Source: Cyanidioschyzon merolae (Eukaryota). From it: 64,000 bases of DNA. The stretch lies in NCBI GenBank assembly GCA_000091205.1, contig AP006502.2. One strand, 5' to 3'. Position 1 is the first letter of the stretch. Each line of letters begins with the position of its first letter. The notes beneath the pieces are model-generated. The model saw nothing but the letters and a program-made list of their open reading frames with translations. It did not search any database and was not told the origin of the DNA. This document shows, one piece after another, positions 31,805 through 42,709 of the stretch. Both the position numbers and the translations under genes were made by a program.

Positions 31805-34800
31805 ATGGAGCAGTTTTCTTGCGGCGGGAGACTAACTTCGGCGCAAGTGAAGCAGATCGCACCGGAGGCCGTTAACTTTCCCGATCGCGAGAGGCTTGTG
31901 CTCTCGTTTTGGAACGATTCGAGAGCGTTTGAGCGCTCAAACGAGTTAGCTGTCGGGAAACCGCTCTTCACGTTTTACGACGGCCCGCCATTTGCCACGG
32001 GCCTGCCACACTACGGGCATCTTCTTGCCGGGACTATTAAAGATACAGTGACGCGCTATGCTTACCAAACCGGATACCAGGTTCCCCGGCGATTCGGTTG
32101 GGATTGTCACGGCCTTCCAGTCGAGTACGAAATCGATCAGAAACTTGGCATTCGCTCACGGGAAGATGTTTTGAAACTCAGTATCGCAGCTTATAACGAA
32201 GAATGCCGAAAAATCGTTCTACGATACTCGGGAGAATGGGAGAGGATCGTTTCCAGAATGGGACGGTGGATTGACTTTAAAAACGGATACCGCACCATGG
32301 ACACATCGTTCATGGAATCGGTATGGTGGGTGTTCAGCCAGCTTCACAAAAAGGGACTAGTGTATCGCGGCTTCAAAGTCATGCCGTTTTCAACAGCATG
32401 CAGCACGCCTTTGAGTAATTTTGAGACGAACTTGAACTATCGGGAAGTTCAGGATCCCGCGATCACGATTTCTTTTCCTGTGTTGAATGATCCTGATCAC
32501 GCCTCGTTTCTGGCATGGACCACCACACCTTGGACTGTGCCTAGCAATGTCGCCCTCTGTGTTCATCCGGAATTGATATATGTGCGCGTTCGAGATCATT
32601 CCCGTGAGGACCGGGTATGGATCCTCGCAGAGGCCCGCCTAGGTAGCATCTTCAAAATGAATGATGCACGGAAACACTCAAGTGCATGCGAATTTACGAT
32701 CATCGCGAGGCATCACGGATATGAGCTTGTTGGTTTACATTACGAGCCTGTGTTTGATTATTACAAGGACTCGCGCTTCCGCGAGCTTCTCCGAGACCCG
32801 TTCCGAGTCTTGGGCGATGATTTCGTGACCGCAGATAGCGGGACTGGTGTCGTGCACCTCTCGCCAGCTTTTGGTGAAGACGATTATCGAGTCTGCATGA
32901 GAGAAGGAGTGATCGGCTGTGCAGGAGGAAGGCCGGACCGACCTGTCTGGTTACCGTGCCCCGTGGACGAAGATGGCAAGTTCACAGAACCTGTGGATGA
33001 TTTTCGTGGGATGTATATCAAAGAGGCAGACCGGGGTCTCATACGTAAGATGAAGACCCTCAGTCGACTCGTGAAGCACGAGACCTACACCCACTCTTAC
33101 CCTTTCTGCTGGCGCAGTGATACGCCACTGATTTATCGCGCCGTTCCGTCGTGGTTCATAGCTGTTGAGAAATTCAGGGATCGCCTCTTGGATTGCAATG
33201 CGAGAACCTACTGGGTGCCGGAAGTGATTCGGGAACATCGTTTCGCGAACTGGCTTGAGAATACACGCGACTGGAACGTAAGCCGGAACCGTTACTGGGG
33301 CACGCCTCTTCCCGTGTGGACGGATCGTACCGGCGATGAAATCATTGTCGTTGGATCGATTGCTGAGCTCGAAGAGCTTGCGGGTCTGCCCACGGGCTCG
33401 ATAAGTGATTTACACCGCCATAACATAGACTCGATCGAGATACGAAGCCGGCAGAATCCAGGAAATGTGTTACGACGAGTGGAAGAAGTCTTTGACTGTT
33501 GGTTTGAGTCCGGCGCGATGCCGTATGCAAGCGTTCATTACCCATTCGAACATGAAGAAGATTTCTTCCAGAAAGGCATGTTCCCCGCGCAGTTCATCGC
33601 TGAAGGTCTGGACCAAACACGAGGATGGTTCTATACGCTCATGGTGCTCGGAACTGCGCTATTCAACGAACCCCCGTTCAAGAATGTGATCGTGAATGGC
33701 CTCGTTCTTGCTGAAGATGGAAAGAAAATGAGCAAACGTCTGAAAAACTACCCAGATCCGATGGATATGATAGAGAATTTTGGAGCTGACGCCTTGCGCT
33801 TGTACTTGATCAACTCCCCTGTGGTTCGTGGGGAGCCTCTTCGTTTCAAGGAGACTGGAGTCAAGGACATCGTTCGAGACGTGATGTTGCCTTGGTATAA
33901 CGCTTTTAGATTTTTCATCCAGAACTTTGCAGCATTCGCTGAAGCCAACGCGGAAGCGGACACGCTTCTTCGTCAGGCAAAAGGCACGACTGAGCGCAGC
34001 AACCCCATGGATCGCTGGATTTTATCCCTCTTGGCCTCCCTGATCAGTTTTCTTCACAAAGAAATGCGAGCCTATCGCCTGTACACTGTGGTACCCCGGT
34101 TACTCCTTTTCATCGAGTCGCTCACGAACTGGTATGTGCGTCTGAATCGACCGCGGCTGAAAGGCTCAGGCGCTCGCTCAGCTTTGGATCAGGCCGTAGC
34201 GCTTTGTACGCTCGGGGACTTGTTGAGCAGACTTGCGGTTCTTATGGCGCCTTTTGCTCCATTCATGGCTGAATGGACGTATCAGACGCTCCGCAGCCTT
34301 CCTCTGGTAAGCTTATATGAGCAGACCGCAGACTCGGTGCATTTCCTGCCTCTACCTTCAAGTGACGAGGAAGCGGTTGATCTCGTCTTTGAAGAAAAAG
34401 TGCGCCACATGCAGCTTGCAATCACACTGGGAAGAGCCATACGAGAGCGACGCAATGTCGCTCTCAAGCAGCCCTTGCACACGCTGACAGTGATTCATCA
34501 CAACGAGCAGACCTTGCAAAATGTTGCGAGTCTTGAGGAGTACGTCCGGGGGGAATTGAATGTGAAACAAGTTGTGTACAGCACAGACGAAGACCGCTAC
34601 ATCTCCCGGAGGGCGATACCTGATGGCAAACTTCTGGGGCGGAGGCTTGGGTCAGCATTCAAGGAAGCAACTGCGGAGATTCGAAGCTGGACGCCTATGC
34701 AGGTCGCAAAAGTTGAGCGCGAACGCTCTGCAACTGTGTGCCAGGGCCGTTACCAGATTTCGGTTGATGAAATCTTCATTAATCGGGATGTCAACAGGGA

Positions 34801-35428
34801 GGCGCTCCGCGAAGGCGAGGACGTTGAATGCGACGTCTTGAATGGCATGATTGTCATCCTGAACCTCGGTATAGATCACGAACTTTTTCTGGATGGCATT
34901 GCACGGGAGATTGTGAACCGGGTGCAGAAGTTACGAAAGAAACTTGGCCTCGTCCCTAGTGATCGCGTCGATGTGTTTATCGAAGGTGGTTCTGTCGTAG
35001 AGCAAGCACTCAATAGCCGGGCCGATTTGGTCGGCAGTATGCTGGGATGCAAAAGACTGCTGTGCACTGAGGACCTGTCTTTGTTGCGCAAGCGGTTCAT
35101 TCCCCAGATCCCCTTGATCGCGCAAGAGCATGTCGAACCCCTTCAGGGAGACCATGTGTGCATTTCGTTGGTTCGCGCTGGTCTATGGCTACTCCCGAGT
35201 GCATTCACGAAGCGACCAGCTACTTTCCTCCATGCCTTGCAGTCGTTTCTTCTTGGAATTCGCGAGCGCTTCGCCGCTGCGAATGAGAACCCCAATATAC
35301 TGCGCGTCGTTCTGGACGGCGAGCGTTTGGAGCTTCACGAACACATCCATTTCAGTAGGTACGCTGCGGATATCGTTGCTGACTTGAAAGCCACCGCCCA
35401 GCACACAGCATCTATGGAAGCACGCTGA
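31805..35428 (+). CDS. Isoleucyl-tRNA synthetase, cytosolic eukaryotic type (1207 aa, apparently intronless)
   Basis: HIGH motif 'PHYGHLLAGTIKD' and KMSKS 'KMSKRLKNYP'. The CP1 editing domain and eukaryote-type C-terminal extension are present. The full-length ORF runs from M (MEQFSCGG...) to stop. Confidence 0.9.
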   Translation: MEQFSCGGRLTSAQVKQIAPEAVNFPDRERLVLSFWNDSRAFERSNELAVGKPLFTFYDGPPFATGLPHYGHLLAGTIKDTVTRYAYQTGYQVPRRFGWDCHGLPVEYEIDQKLGIRSREDVLKLSIAAYNEECRKIVLRYSGEWERIVSRMGRWIDFKNGYRTMDTSFMESVWWVFSQLHKKGLVYRGFKVMPFSTACSTPLSNFETNLNYREVQDPAITISFPVLNDPDHASFLAWTTTPWTVPSNVALCVHPELIYVRVRDHSREDRVWILAEARLGSIFKMNDARKHSSACEFTIIARHHGYELVGLHYEPVFDYYKDSRFRELLRDPFRVLGDDFVTADSGTGVVHLSPAFGEDDYRVCMREGVIGCAGGRPDRPVWLPCPVDEDGKFTEPVDDFRGMYIKEADRGLIRKMKTLSRLVKHETYTHSYPFCWRSDTPLIYRAVPSWFIAVEKFRDRLLDCNARTYWVPEVIREHRFANWLENTRDWNVSRNRYWGTPLPVWTDRTGDEIIVVGSIAELEELAGLPTGSISDLHRHNIDSIEIRSRQNPGNVLRRVEEVFDCWFESGAMPYASVHYPFEHEEDFFQKGMFPAQFIAEGLDQTRGWFYTLMVLGTALFNEPPFKNVIVNGLVLAEDGKKMSKRLKNYPDPMDMIENFGADALRLYLINSPVVRGEPLRFKETGVKDIVRDVMLPWYNAFRFFIQNFAAFAEANAEADTLLRQAKGTTERSNPMDRWILSLLASLISFLHKEMRAYRLYTVVPRLLLFIESLTNWYVRLNRPRLKGSGARSALDQAVALCTLGDLLSRLAVLMAPFAPFMAEWTYQTLRSLPLVSLYEQTADSVHFLPLPSSDEEAVDLVFEEKVRHMQLAITLGRAIRERRNVALKQPLHTLTVIHHNEQTLQNVASLEEYVRGELNVKQVVYSTDEDRYISRRAIPDGKLLGRRLGSAFKEATAEIRSWTPMQVAKVERERSATVCQGRYQISVDEIFINRDVNREALREGEDVECDVLNGMIVILNLGIDHELFLDGIAREIVNRVQKLRKKLGLVPSDRVDVFIEGGSVVEQALNSRADLVGSMLGCKRLLCTEDLSLLRKRFIPQIPLIAQEHVEPLQGDHVCISLVRAGLWLLPSAFTKRPATFLHALQSFLLGIRERFAAANENPNILRVVLDGERLELHEHIHFSRYAADIVADLKATAQHTASMEAR

Positions 35429-35959
35429 GCGTTTCGCCCCAACGACGACGACGACGCACAGGACGGGCGTGCACGGGCCCTGATCGCGGCGACTCTTCTC
35501 CTTAGACACGTTCGTGCGAAGCTCAGCGGGACTCCGATGGGGATTCGCTTCGTATAGCCTGCCTCGGCGGCGACGATAGCGCTCCTGTATGTATACGTGT
35601 GTGTGCGCGCGCAGGCACCTTTGCAGCAGGCATGAAACCTGCCCCAGCTCTAAACATCCAAGATAAGATAGTGATGCGCCCGCCATTGCAATAACGAAGC
35701 GTATTTTTCCATCCCTAAAATAAATTTGCTAAAATCCGATAGGTAAAGCTCAGCGGAAAGCAATCAACACCGCCGCCTGTCTGTAGGCCACGGGTACCCG
35801 CATCGCCAACCAGCTCGCAAGGCATACGATGTGCTCGCAAGTTCCCGGCACGCTCTGGTTATGAAAATGATGCGTGCAAGGAGCTGAAGCGCTTATTCAA
35901 TCACGAATGATGCCTAGATTCGATTGAATTCTAAAACGCTTCAATGAGTGGCTTCCGGA

Positions 35960-37741
35960 CTAGGTATTTGGCTTCAGCGTCTCAAACAGCGCACTATAGT
36001 TCCGCGTTGGGATCCTGGTTGTGGGTGCGTACGCACTCGAGAACACATTGAATGTAACATTGCACGCACGTGCATCGAGCAGGCTCGCGACACATACATC
36101 CGCAACATCCGCCCGGGATATTTTTTTCGTGAATGGCGTTCGAACGATCTCCGATACAACGACGCCCGATGGGAGGCCTCGGCCCTGTATCTGACTCTGA
36201 TCGAACGTGATGCTGGTTACGCCGCCCGGTTCGTCAGTGAGCACACCAGTTCGTATAATGCAATAGGAGAGACCACCGGCTTTCAGCGCATCCTCGATGG
36301 ATCGCTTGCGGCTGATTTCTTCCATATCCGCGTGGGTGCCCATACAAGAAACGAGCACGAACTCGGGTTCATCTTGAGTACGGAAAGCTTTCATATAGTC
36401 TAGGGTAAGCATGAAAGTGCCCTTGCGGGAGCCAGGGTTACTAAGTGAGCGGATGCTCAAGTTATTTCGAGCCTCATAAAGGAAGCCGATTTGCGTGATC
36501 TCTGAAAAGTCGTAGACACTAGCATCGCGAATTTCTGCTTGCAAGAGGGCACCATCACTCGTGCGCTGAGGGATAAAGTCAGGGAACGAGAAGCGCAGCG
36601 TAATCCACTTTCTGGATGGAGTAGTAGAGAACGTCGAAATGAACTGGATGCCTGCCCTATCGCCGGACTTGGTTCGGATGATCAGCGAGTAGCGTTGGCC
36701 GTCACCGAGACAACGCAGAATCAAACCGGAGAATCCCTGGAAGTTCAGCGGTTTGCGCGCGAAGCTCGTTGTGAAGACCTCTGCTTGACCTCTATAAATG
36801 TCGCGTATTTTTCCATGAAAAACAGCGTTACCAAAGTCGTTCAGTTGGAAGAAAGTTGACGAAAGTGGATCCCGCAGGCGCCCGCTCTCTTCCATTGCGG
36901 CCTGCGGCATTACTGGAGCGCTCTGGTCCTCATTATTATCCTGGAGAAGCTGGTCCACGTTACCCACTTCATTCTGATAAGCCTTGACAACAGCAGTTTG
37001 AAGATTTTCAGGACGCGCCCACAGTGCAAAATGTCTAGGCTTGTTAAACTTGAAAATCGTAATTTTGGCCGAGTCCTTGCGACCAAACTCCAAAAACCTC
37101 GCATCTTGGAATGCTCGAATTAGGTTTGTGATGGCCTCCGTCTCACGCTCCGACTCGTCAGAAACCACACATATTACTTTATCGACACCGTACAGCGCCT
37201 CCAGTACGGAGTCCTTATCGAGTAGGTCCGCTTTTGCATACTCGCACCCGGTACCGAGTTCATCGAGTGTTTCAGGGCGCAGGTCCCGAACGAGTGCACG
37301 CACCCGGAAACCCTGGAGAAGTAGCTTGCGGACGACAAGGCGCCCAGTGCGTCCAGTTGCACCAGCAACGAGCACGAGCGGGACCAGACCCTCCTCCTCT
37401 ATGTTGTAAAGCTCTGGAGTTGGGTCTAACTTGCGCAGTCGCAGCTTAACCGGTGGCGCGCTCGTTGCGTCAGATAGCGGCGCTAGCCTGCGCAAACCCT
37501 CTACCACACTCTGAAACTGCCGAAAAAAACCGTCCAGGAGCATGTAGCCTTCCTGCTGGCGTTGCGGACCCGCAGAACGGAGGCGTCTCAGCCGCCAGCG
37601 TTGCCGAACCCTCAAGTCCGCTGTTCCGAGTTTTAGTTTCGGCTGAACTATTCTGCGGCAAAGCAGAAACCCGTCAGCACTAAAACGAGTCATAGCGTGC
37701 CCTCTAGGCCTAGAAGACGCCCCGGAGCTACTCGCAAACAT
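35960..37741 (-). CDS. HCF173-like protein: atypical NAD(P)-binding SDR/NmrA-like Rossmann domain interrupted by a CIA30 domain (plastid-type)
   Basis: Rossmann 'LVLVAGATGRTGRLVVRKLLLQGFRVRALVRD'. CIA30 core 'LRCLGDGQRYSLIIRT...WITLRFSFPDFIP'. SDR C-terminal part 'LSYCIIRTGVLTD'. The ORF extends to 38014; the ATG at 37741 gives 'MFASSSGASSRPRGH...', a transit-peptide-like N-terminus. The start is uncertain. Confidence 0.75.
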   Translation of the reverse strand: MFASSSGASSRPRGHAMTRFSADGFLLCRRIVQPKLKLGTADLRVRQRWRLRRLRSAGPQRQQEGYMLLDGFFRQFQSVVEGLRRLAPLSDATSAPPVKLRLRKLDPTPELYNIEEEGLVPLVLVAGATGRTGRLVVRKLLLQGFRVRALVRDLRPETLDELGTGCEYAKADLLDKDSVLEALYGVDKVICVVSDESERETEAITNLIRAFQDARFLEFGRKDSAKITIFKFNKPRHFALWARPENLQTAVVKAYQNEVGNVDQLLQDNNEDQSAPVMPQAAMEESGRLRDPLSSTFFQLNDFGNAVFHGKIRDIYRGQAEVFTTSFARKPLNFQGFSGLILRCLGDGQRYSLIIRTKSGDRAGIQFISTFSTTPSRKWITLRFSFPDFIPQRTSDGALLQAEIRDASVYDFSEITQIGFLYEARNNLSIRSLSNPGSRKGTFMLTLDYMKAFRTQDEPEFVLVSCMGTHADMEEISRKRSIEDALKAGGLSYCIIRTGVLTDEPGGVTSITFDQSQIQGRGLPSGVVVSEIVRTPFTKKISRADVADVCVASLLDARACNVTFNVFSSAYAPTTRIPTRNYSALFETLKPNT

Positions 37742-38199
37742 CTGCACACGGTTGCAAGTTAGCTTCGGACGTGTTGCGGTATCTCTAACTGGGTACAGCT
37801 GAACCGGTGCGCTATGCGCACTCAGACGTAAAAATACCAAGAAAGCATAGCAGGGAACATACTCCAAACTCTGCTCCGCTTTAGACAACATGAACTCGCC
37901 GTAAAGAACTGCGTTCTTCTCACTTGACGTCGTATGGTGAGCAGGGAGCTCGGAACACCAGTGATCAGCATTCTTCGGGACTTTCAATCCAGTTCTGTTC
38001 CAACGGCGCTGCATGTGATTGAGTGCTTTTTCGCAGTGTGGAGCAGGAGATCGACATCAGGATGCAATGCACCGTATAGATTGTAGACGACTAGCCTGTA
38101 GGATATATTTGTTACTGAAGCATGCAAAGAGGACAGGATTCCTCTTTCAGATCAGATATACAAAAGCACTCTGATGGATGAGAAACACTGAAATGAAGA

Positions 38200-38830
38200 A
38201 ACAAGAAGATGCTATCCGCGCCAAATACCGATATTGTGGAAGACTGCTCACGGTCAATGGTTAAGAACGAACTGTTGATCACCGTTCGCGGAAGGCAAAA
38301 GCGATGATCGTAGACGCCACAGGCGTCTCTGTCTCTCAGCACATTGTTCGCGTGGTTCTGAAAACACTGGGATACAGTTGAATTTCACGCATGGCTATTT
38401 TGCATCGAAATCGCAACCACGAGAACTTTCCTGGAAGGTCACGATCTGTATGAAGCACAGCAACGCCGGTTCATTGTTTCATTCGATGAGATTTGCTTCG
38501 GAAGAAACGATCGGAGCGTATATGGGTATTCACGGAAGGGGACCCGTTTTGCGTACGATCGAGCTCGTGGGCAACAAGGATATCATGTTTTGTTCTAGCT
38601 GCAGAGCATTCATTTGGAGGCCTCAGTTTCGCTCGTAGAGAACGCTCATCCAACAGCTCCAATCACATCGTCCAAACATTGAAGACTTTTCACGTGACAT
38701 CTGGCAGTGTCTTTCCACTGGACACCGTGGCATTTCACCATTCCCCTCGTGTTCGAGCTTTTGCCGATTCTATCAGGGTAGATGTGCTTTTCATTCCTCC
38801 GTACTCTTCGTGGTTCAACCTCATCTAAAG
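38200..38830 (+). pseudogene. Tc1/mariner (IS630-like) DDE transposase relic, frameshifted
   Basis: HTH-like 'IVDATGVSVSQHIVRVVLKTLGYS'. The ORF 38493..38828 ends '...LDTVAFHHSPRVRAFADSIRVDVLFIPPYSSWFNLI*'. This matches the Tc1/mariner C-terminal signature 'DNAPIH...VLxLPPYSPDLNPIE' that includes the third catalytic acidic residue. Stops and frameshifts lie upstream. Confidence 0.55.
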
Positions 38831-38959
38831 AGTTTTTCGTAACGTGAAAAGGAATGATGGATCCCGTGGGTGAATCGCTGAAGCGTTCAGCATGGTGAAG
38901 CTAGGGCACACGTCTCTTTCTTCTCCAAGTCCTTCTAGCTCCGTGGGAGTTCCTCACCT

Positions 38960-40500
38960 AAAGGCAAAAACATGTACGTTCATTCTGAAGAAATGAGAAA
39001 TCCAAGGGAACGTTATGGATATGGGATTCCACGATCCTGGAATCCTTGTGAATATCAGCTGCCAAACAACAATAAAAGTCCACTTCTCATCGACCATTGA
39101 GCGAAAAAGAGCAAGCGACGAAGAAGAAAAAAGGAAATATGGGCGAGTAAGTGTGTGTGCCCGACGGGACGACGACGAGACCGTTGTGGCACAGAGGGCA
39201 CGATTTCGAGGAATTCCTGTATTGATGAGATCGATCGGCCGTGGCGCATTCACGGAGTTCGTGAACCGAGACCTCAACGCCGCCAGCAATATTAGAAGAT
39301 GTACGGTGCTGAAGACGAGACTGGAGAAGCTGCGACGATCCGACTTTGTGGGACAGCCTCTCAGGCTCAAAACGTCCGAGGAAATTCGAAGCCAAGATCA
39401 TCCGGTCGGTGGAAACAGGTTAGGAGGCGTCTGTGAGTGAGTACGCATTTACCCGCCATGCACCTAGAACCCTTTTGGTTTTACTGATCACATGCCGCGG
39501 ACGCTTGGTCGGAGGCCGAACTGGTCTATGATTAGAATCCAGCGCTGAACTGCTCGTTCTGTCTTTCCAATATTTTCCGAACTCTTACGAGGTGTCCAGT
39601 GCCAACATACCAAGCGCACCAATAAGCGCCTACGAATTCAAAAGTCCTGGGAGGACTCCCAGTCGTGTGTGTTCGGAGTGGCCCCTGCGACGCTTCGCCG
39701 CTGACATCCATTACTTCACCGGAATCAAGGTTATTCGCAACGCGCTCAGACAACGATTCCTAAAATAGCCCGTAGCATTGTCCAATGCATACATACAGGC
39801 ATCCAGTCTTCTCCGTTCCGTTTGTGTCGCACGTTCAATTCAGGCATTCGCCAGGTGTTCGGTCTCTCTTTTATTGATGCAACTCGTGGGCGCTGCCATT
39901 TGCGCTGACGGGATTGACGAAGAGAACAAGTCGACGTCGCCCGATGACGATTCCTTTCCGTGCTCGTCCCGAAACGCTGCTGAGCTCGTCACTTGCAATC
40001 ATCGAATCGGTTCAAAGGCGAACCTTCTATGTTTGTTGCAATCGACGAGACGGAGCTCAACAGCAGCGCGATACCTCGCACGGGATATGCTCGCGGGGGC
40101 GCACATCTCTTCTGCTAGCACGCCAGCGAGTCCTGGACTTTGTCGAACGTCGTCGCAGCGATCTGTCCGAGCGCAGAGCGCATCAGCGCTTTGTACGAAG
40201 TGCGGCTGGGGAGATCGGAGTTTCGCAACTCCTGCACCAGCCTGGATTTCGTATACGGAACGTGTTTCATAATCGAAATATCGCGTTCCACGGATCCTCG
40301 ATCGAACGGGACAGTATGCGCGTGCGTATGCAGCTGACGGAGTATTCGCTCAGAATAGTCGCGCAGATGAAGCCCTTGACCACAGGGTACGTTACCGGTC
40401 GCGGAAACCGGAGCGAGCATCCAGCGGAACCTTATGTACCCGTCCAGCTCATGTACTGAGCCATGAAGCGAGCGTTCACGTGCTACAGGCCGGCCTTCGA
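38960..40500 (+). mobile_element. Composite A+B repeat, copy 3 (A-family unit with RuvC-III-like motif followed by B-family unit with the longest 3' tail)
   Basis: 39020-40390 is about 98% identical to 16850-18215, with small indels. Upstream of 39020 the A part is still homologous to copy 1 but much more diverged. The 3' tail 40390-40500 ('...atgtactgagccatgaagcgagcgttcacgtgc') is absent from copies 1 and 2 but present in the diverged B copies. Confidence 0.8.
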
Positions 40501-41074
40501 ACGAGGAGCTGCAGTTGACACATAGGAAAACCTGACCTCGGTCAAGAGTTTCCGTTGGGAAGTGCGCACAGAGGCTATGTTCATGGATTACGACAGTAGC
40601 ACGTAAAATATATATTGCAACTACCGACCATGCACTAGGTGTCTCGAAAACAACCAGAAACTGTGAAATGATGACCTTACCGCTTCCGTCAACTTCCCTC
40701 GACTGCTGAGAACGGAGCTGATGGAACAGAAGAGACCCCCATCTTAAAATATCGAGATAAGAATGAGGCAACGTAGCAGCCGCGGGTAAACACCTCAAAA
40801 GCTGTTGTTGATTACAGCTGGCTGGGACCCACACGTCAGTGTGCATCCCCGTGTAATAGGAATGGGTCTCCTCTATCTTACCCTGACGTTGGTGCAGAGT
40901 GAAGAATGATGTATGCCAAACTTGAAAAGAGCACCATACCCGGAAAACTAATCCACATGCGTCCTTCTCACTCCCGGTCGTAAGCGTGCCAGCGCCAGAC
41001 GGCGAATCGTCTACATTCGGCGTTGCGATGAAGCGCTTCCGTTCCAGCTCTGCAAAGCGTTTTTCCCTTGGAGA

Positions 41075-42709
41075 ATGCTTGCTGCACTTGGGCAGGCACA
41101 GCTGGAGGACCCACCAGTTCGAAGACTGGCCTTCGCTTGGCGAATAGGAAGCTGGAGCTCTCGTAAGGGCGTATTGGCTTGGGCTTCGCTTGCCTGCAGT
41201 TCGCGGAACCTTGGCTGCGACACGCGTTTGCAGGCTAGCCAGCAACGCAAGTGCCAGCGCAGTGCTGTACCATTTCAGTGGTCCTGCTCAAAAGATCCCG
41301 TTGAGCGCTCGAGAGGGGCGAAATCCCCAGAGAGTGATGACAGAGAAGTGTTCAGAAAGCCGCATTCTCCGAGCTCGGAAAGGGACGCTGTTGTTGCAAA
41401 AAGCGCGAAAGAGCAGAGGCCTGTCACTCAGACTACGGCAAACGTTGTGGAAGGAGGCCATAACGAAGAGCGCAACGACCGCGGCGCGCCCGCTGACTCG
41501 CTCGCAGCACTTCAAGAGGATTTGCCGCTCATTCGTCAGATATTCGGGGCAGATACGTTTTTCCCCACAGAGGATGTTGTTGGGAAACGCGGTGTCGTCT
41601 ATCGGGGCAACTTGCGCAATAAGCCGGATGAAGTCTACCGGCGCCTTGCTAAGCGACTGGAATCACTTCTGGGAGATAGATATATATTATCTCTTCTGGA
41701 AGGAGATGAAAACGGAAGAGCATTCGTTCTAATCGAACCAAACGGTACCTTGGCAGGAGACAGTACGGCACGGCCCTTCTCGGTGAAGAAGGAGGATGTG
41801 CTCACGATCATGCTGGCGCTCTTGTTTTGCATCCTAACTGGAATGACCATTTTTCTAAGGGTAGGCACCATTCTTGGTCCCGAATATGGTGAAATTCGCC
41901 GGATAACGTTTCAGAATGGGGTGAAACCTGTTTTCTTCAGCTTTTTTTCAACCTTGATTGCCGCGCAACTCCTCCAGCGACTCCTCGCGTGGAAATATAG
42001 ATGTTCCATTGGGACGCCAATTCTCCTTCCGAGCCCGCAGCTCGGGAGCTTTGGCTCCGTGTACCATCTAGACCAATCGCCTCCCGACCGCAAGGCTCTT
42101 TTCGACATCGCCATGGCAAGTGGTGGCCTCCCATTCATCGTTAGTATTCTGATCTTCACCGTTGGTGTGATCATGACTTCTTTTGCTGTGGGACTGCCAC
42201 TCGCATCTGTCCACGGCTCGTTGATGAACGTGCGGAATTTTGTATACGTACCGGAGCAATGGATTTACCGTGATTCTTTTCTGTTGGGGCTCATTGCGCG
42301 CGCATTGCTAAGCGTGCAGCCAGTGACGCTGAATGCGGCAGTTGCTGCAGACCAGCAACTAGCACCGCTCGTTCTGGTGCATCCGTTAGTTCTCGTCGGT
42401 GCGACACTCATGCAGATATCGGCGCTGTCGTTGCTGCCTCTGCGGCAGCTGGATGGCTGGCGTATCCTAACAGCCATCTTCGGCAGACGAGCGGCGAGTC
42501 TGCTTTCGCGCTTCACCGTGCTCTATCTTCTAATCGGGGCAGCGAGGTATCCTTATCTGCTCTTATTTCTAACCGTGATTCCGTTCGGGCCGTGGAAACT
42601 CGATCGCCAGTGTCGGAATGAAATATCGGAAACAGATCGTATTCGTCAGATTGTAGGCTACATTGTAATCGTGATCATGATCTTTGCAATGTGCCCCTAT
42701 TCGAAGTAG
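41075..42709 (+). CDS. EGY-family site-2 protease homolog (peptidase M50-like) lacking the HExxH zinc site (EGY3-like pseudoprotease)
   Basis: The EGY-specific N-terminal domain is 'IFGADTFFPTEDVVGKRGVVYRGNLRNKPDEVYRRLAKRLESLLGDRYILSLLEGDENGRAFVLI'. It is polytopic, and the M50 'NxxPxxxLDG' motif appears as 'LSLLPLRQLDGWRIL'. The position aligned to HELGH reads 'AAQLLQRLLA'. Confidence 0.8.
   Translation: MLAALGQAQLEDPPVRRLAFAWRIGSWSSRKGVLAWASLACSSRNLGCDTRLQASQQRKCQRSAVPFQWSCSKDPVERSRGAKSPESDDREVFRKPHSPSSERDAVVAKSAKEQRPVTQTTANVVEGGHNEERNDRGAPADSLAALQEDLPLIRQIFGADTFFPTEDVVGKRGVVYRGNLRNKPDEVYRRLAKRLESLLGDRYILSLLEGDENGRAFVLIEPNGTLAGDSTARPFSVKKEDVLTIMLALLFCILTGMTIFLRVGTILGPEYGEIRRITFQNGVKPVFFSFFSTLIAAQLLQRLLAWKYRCSIGTPILLPSPQLGSFGSVYHLDQSPPDRKALFDIAMASGGLPFIVSILIFTVGVIMTSFAVGLPLASVHGSLMNVRNFVYVPEQWIYRDSFLLGLIARALLSVQPVTLNAAVAADQQLAPLVLVHPLVLVGATLMQISALSLLPLRQLDGWRILTAIFGRRAASLLSRFTVLYLLIGAARYPYLLLFLTVIPFGPWKLDRQCRNEISETDRIRQIVGYIVIVIMIFAMCPYSK

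Noticed and set aside
31171-31971. 266-aa minus-strand ORF upstream of and overlapping the IleRS start
   Set aside because: It runs through a repeat fragment and the poly-G tract and overlaps the IleRS 5' end. It has low-complexity composition and no homology signal.
40115-41245. 376-aa minus-strand ORF
   Set aside because: Its C-terminal third is simply the reverse strand of the B-family repeat. The same peptide occurs in all B copies. Its N-terminal part overlaps the EGY-like gene start. It is chimeric and spurious.
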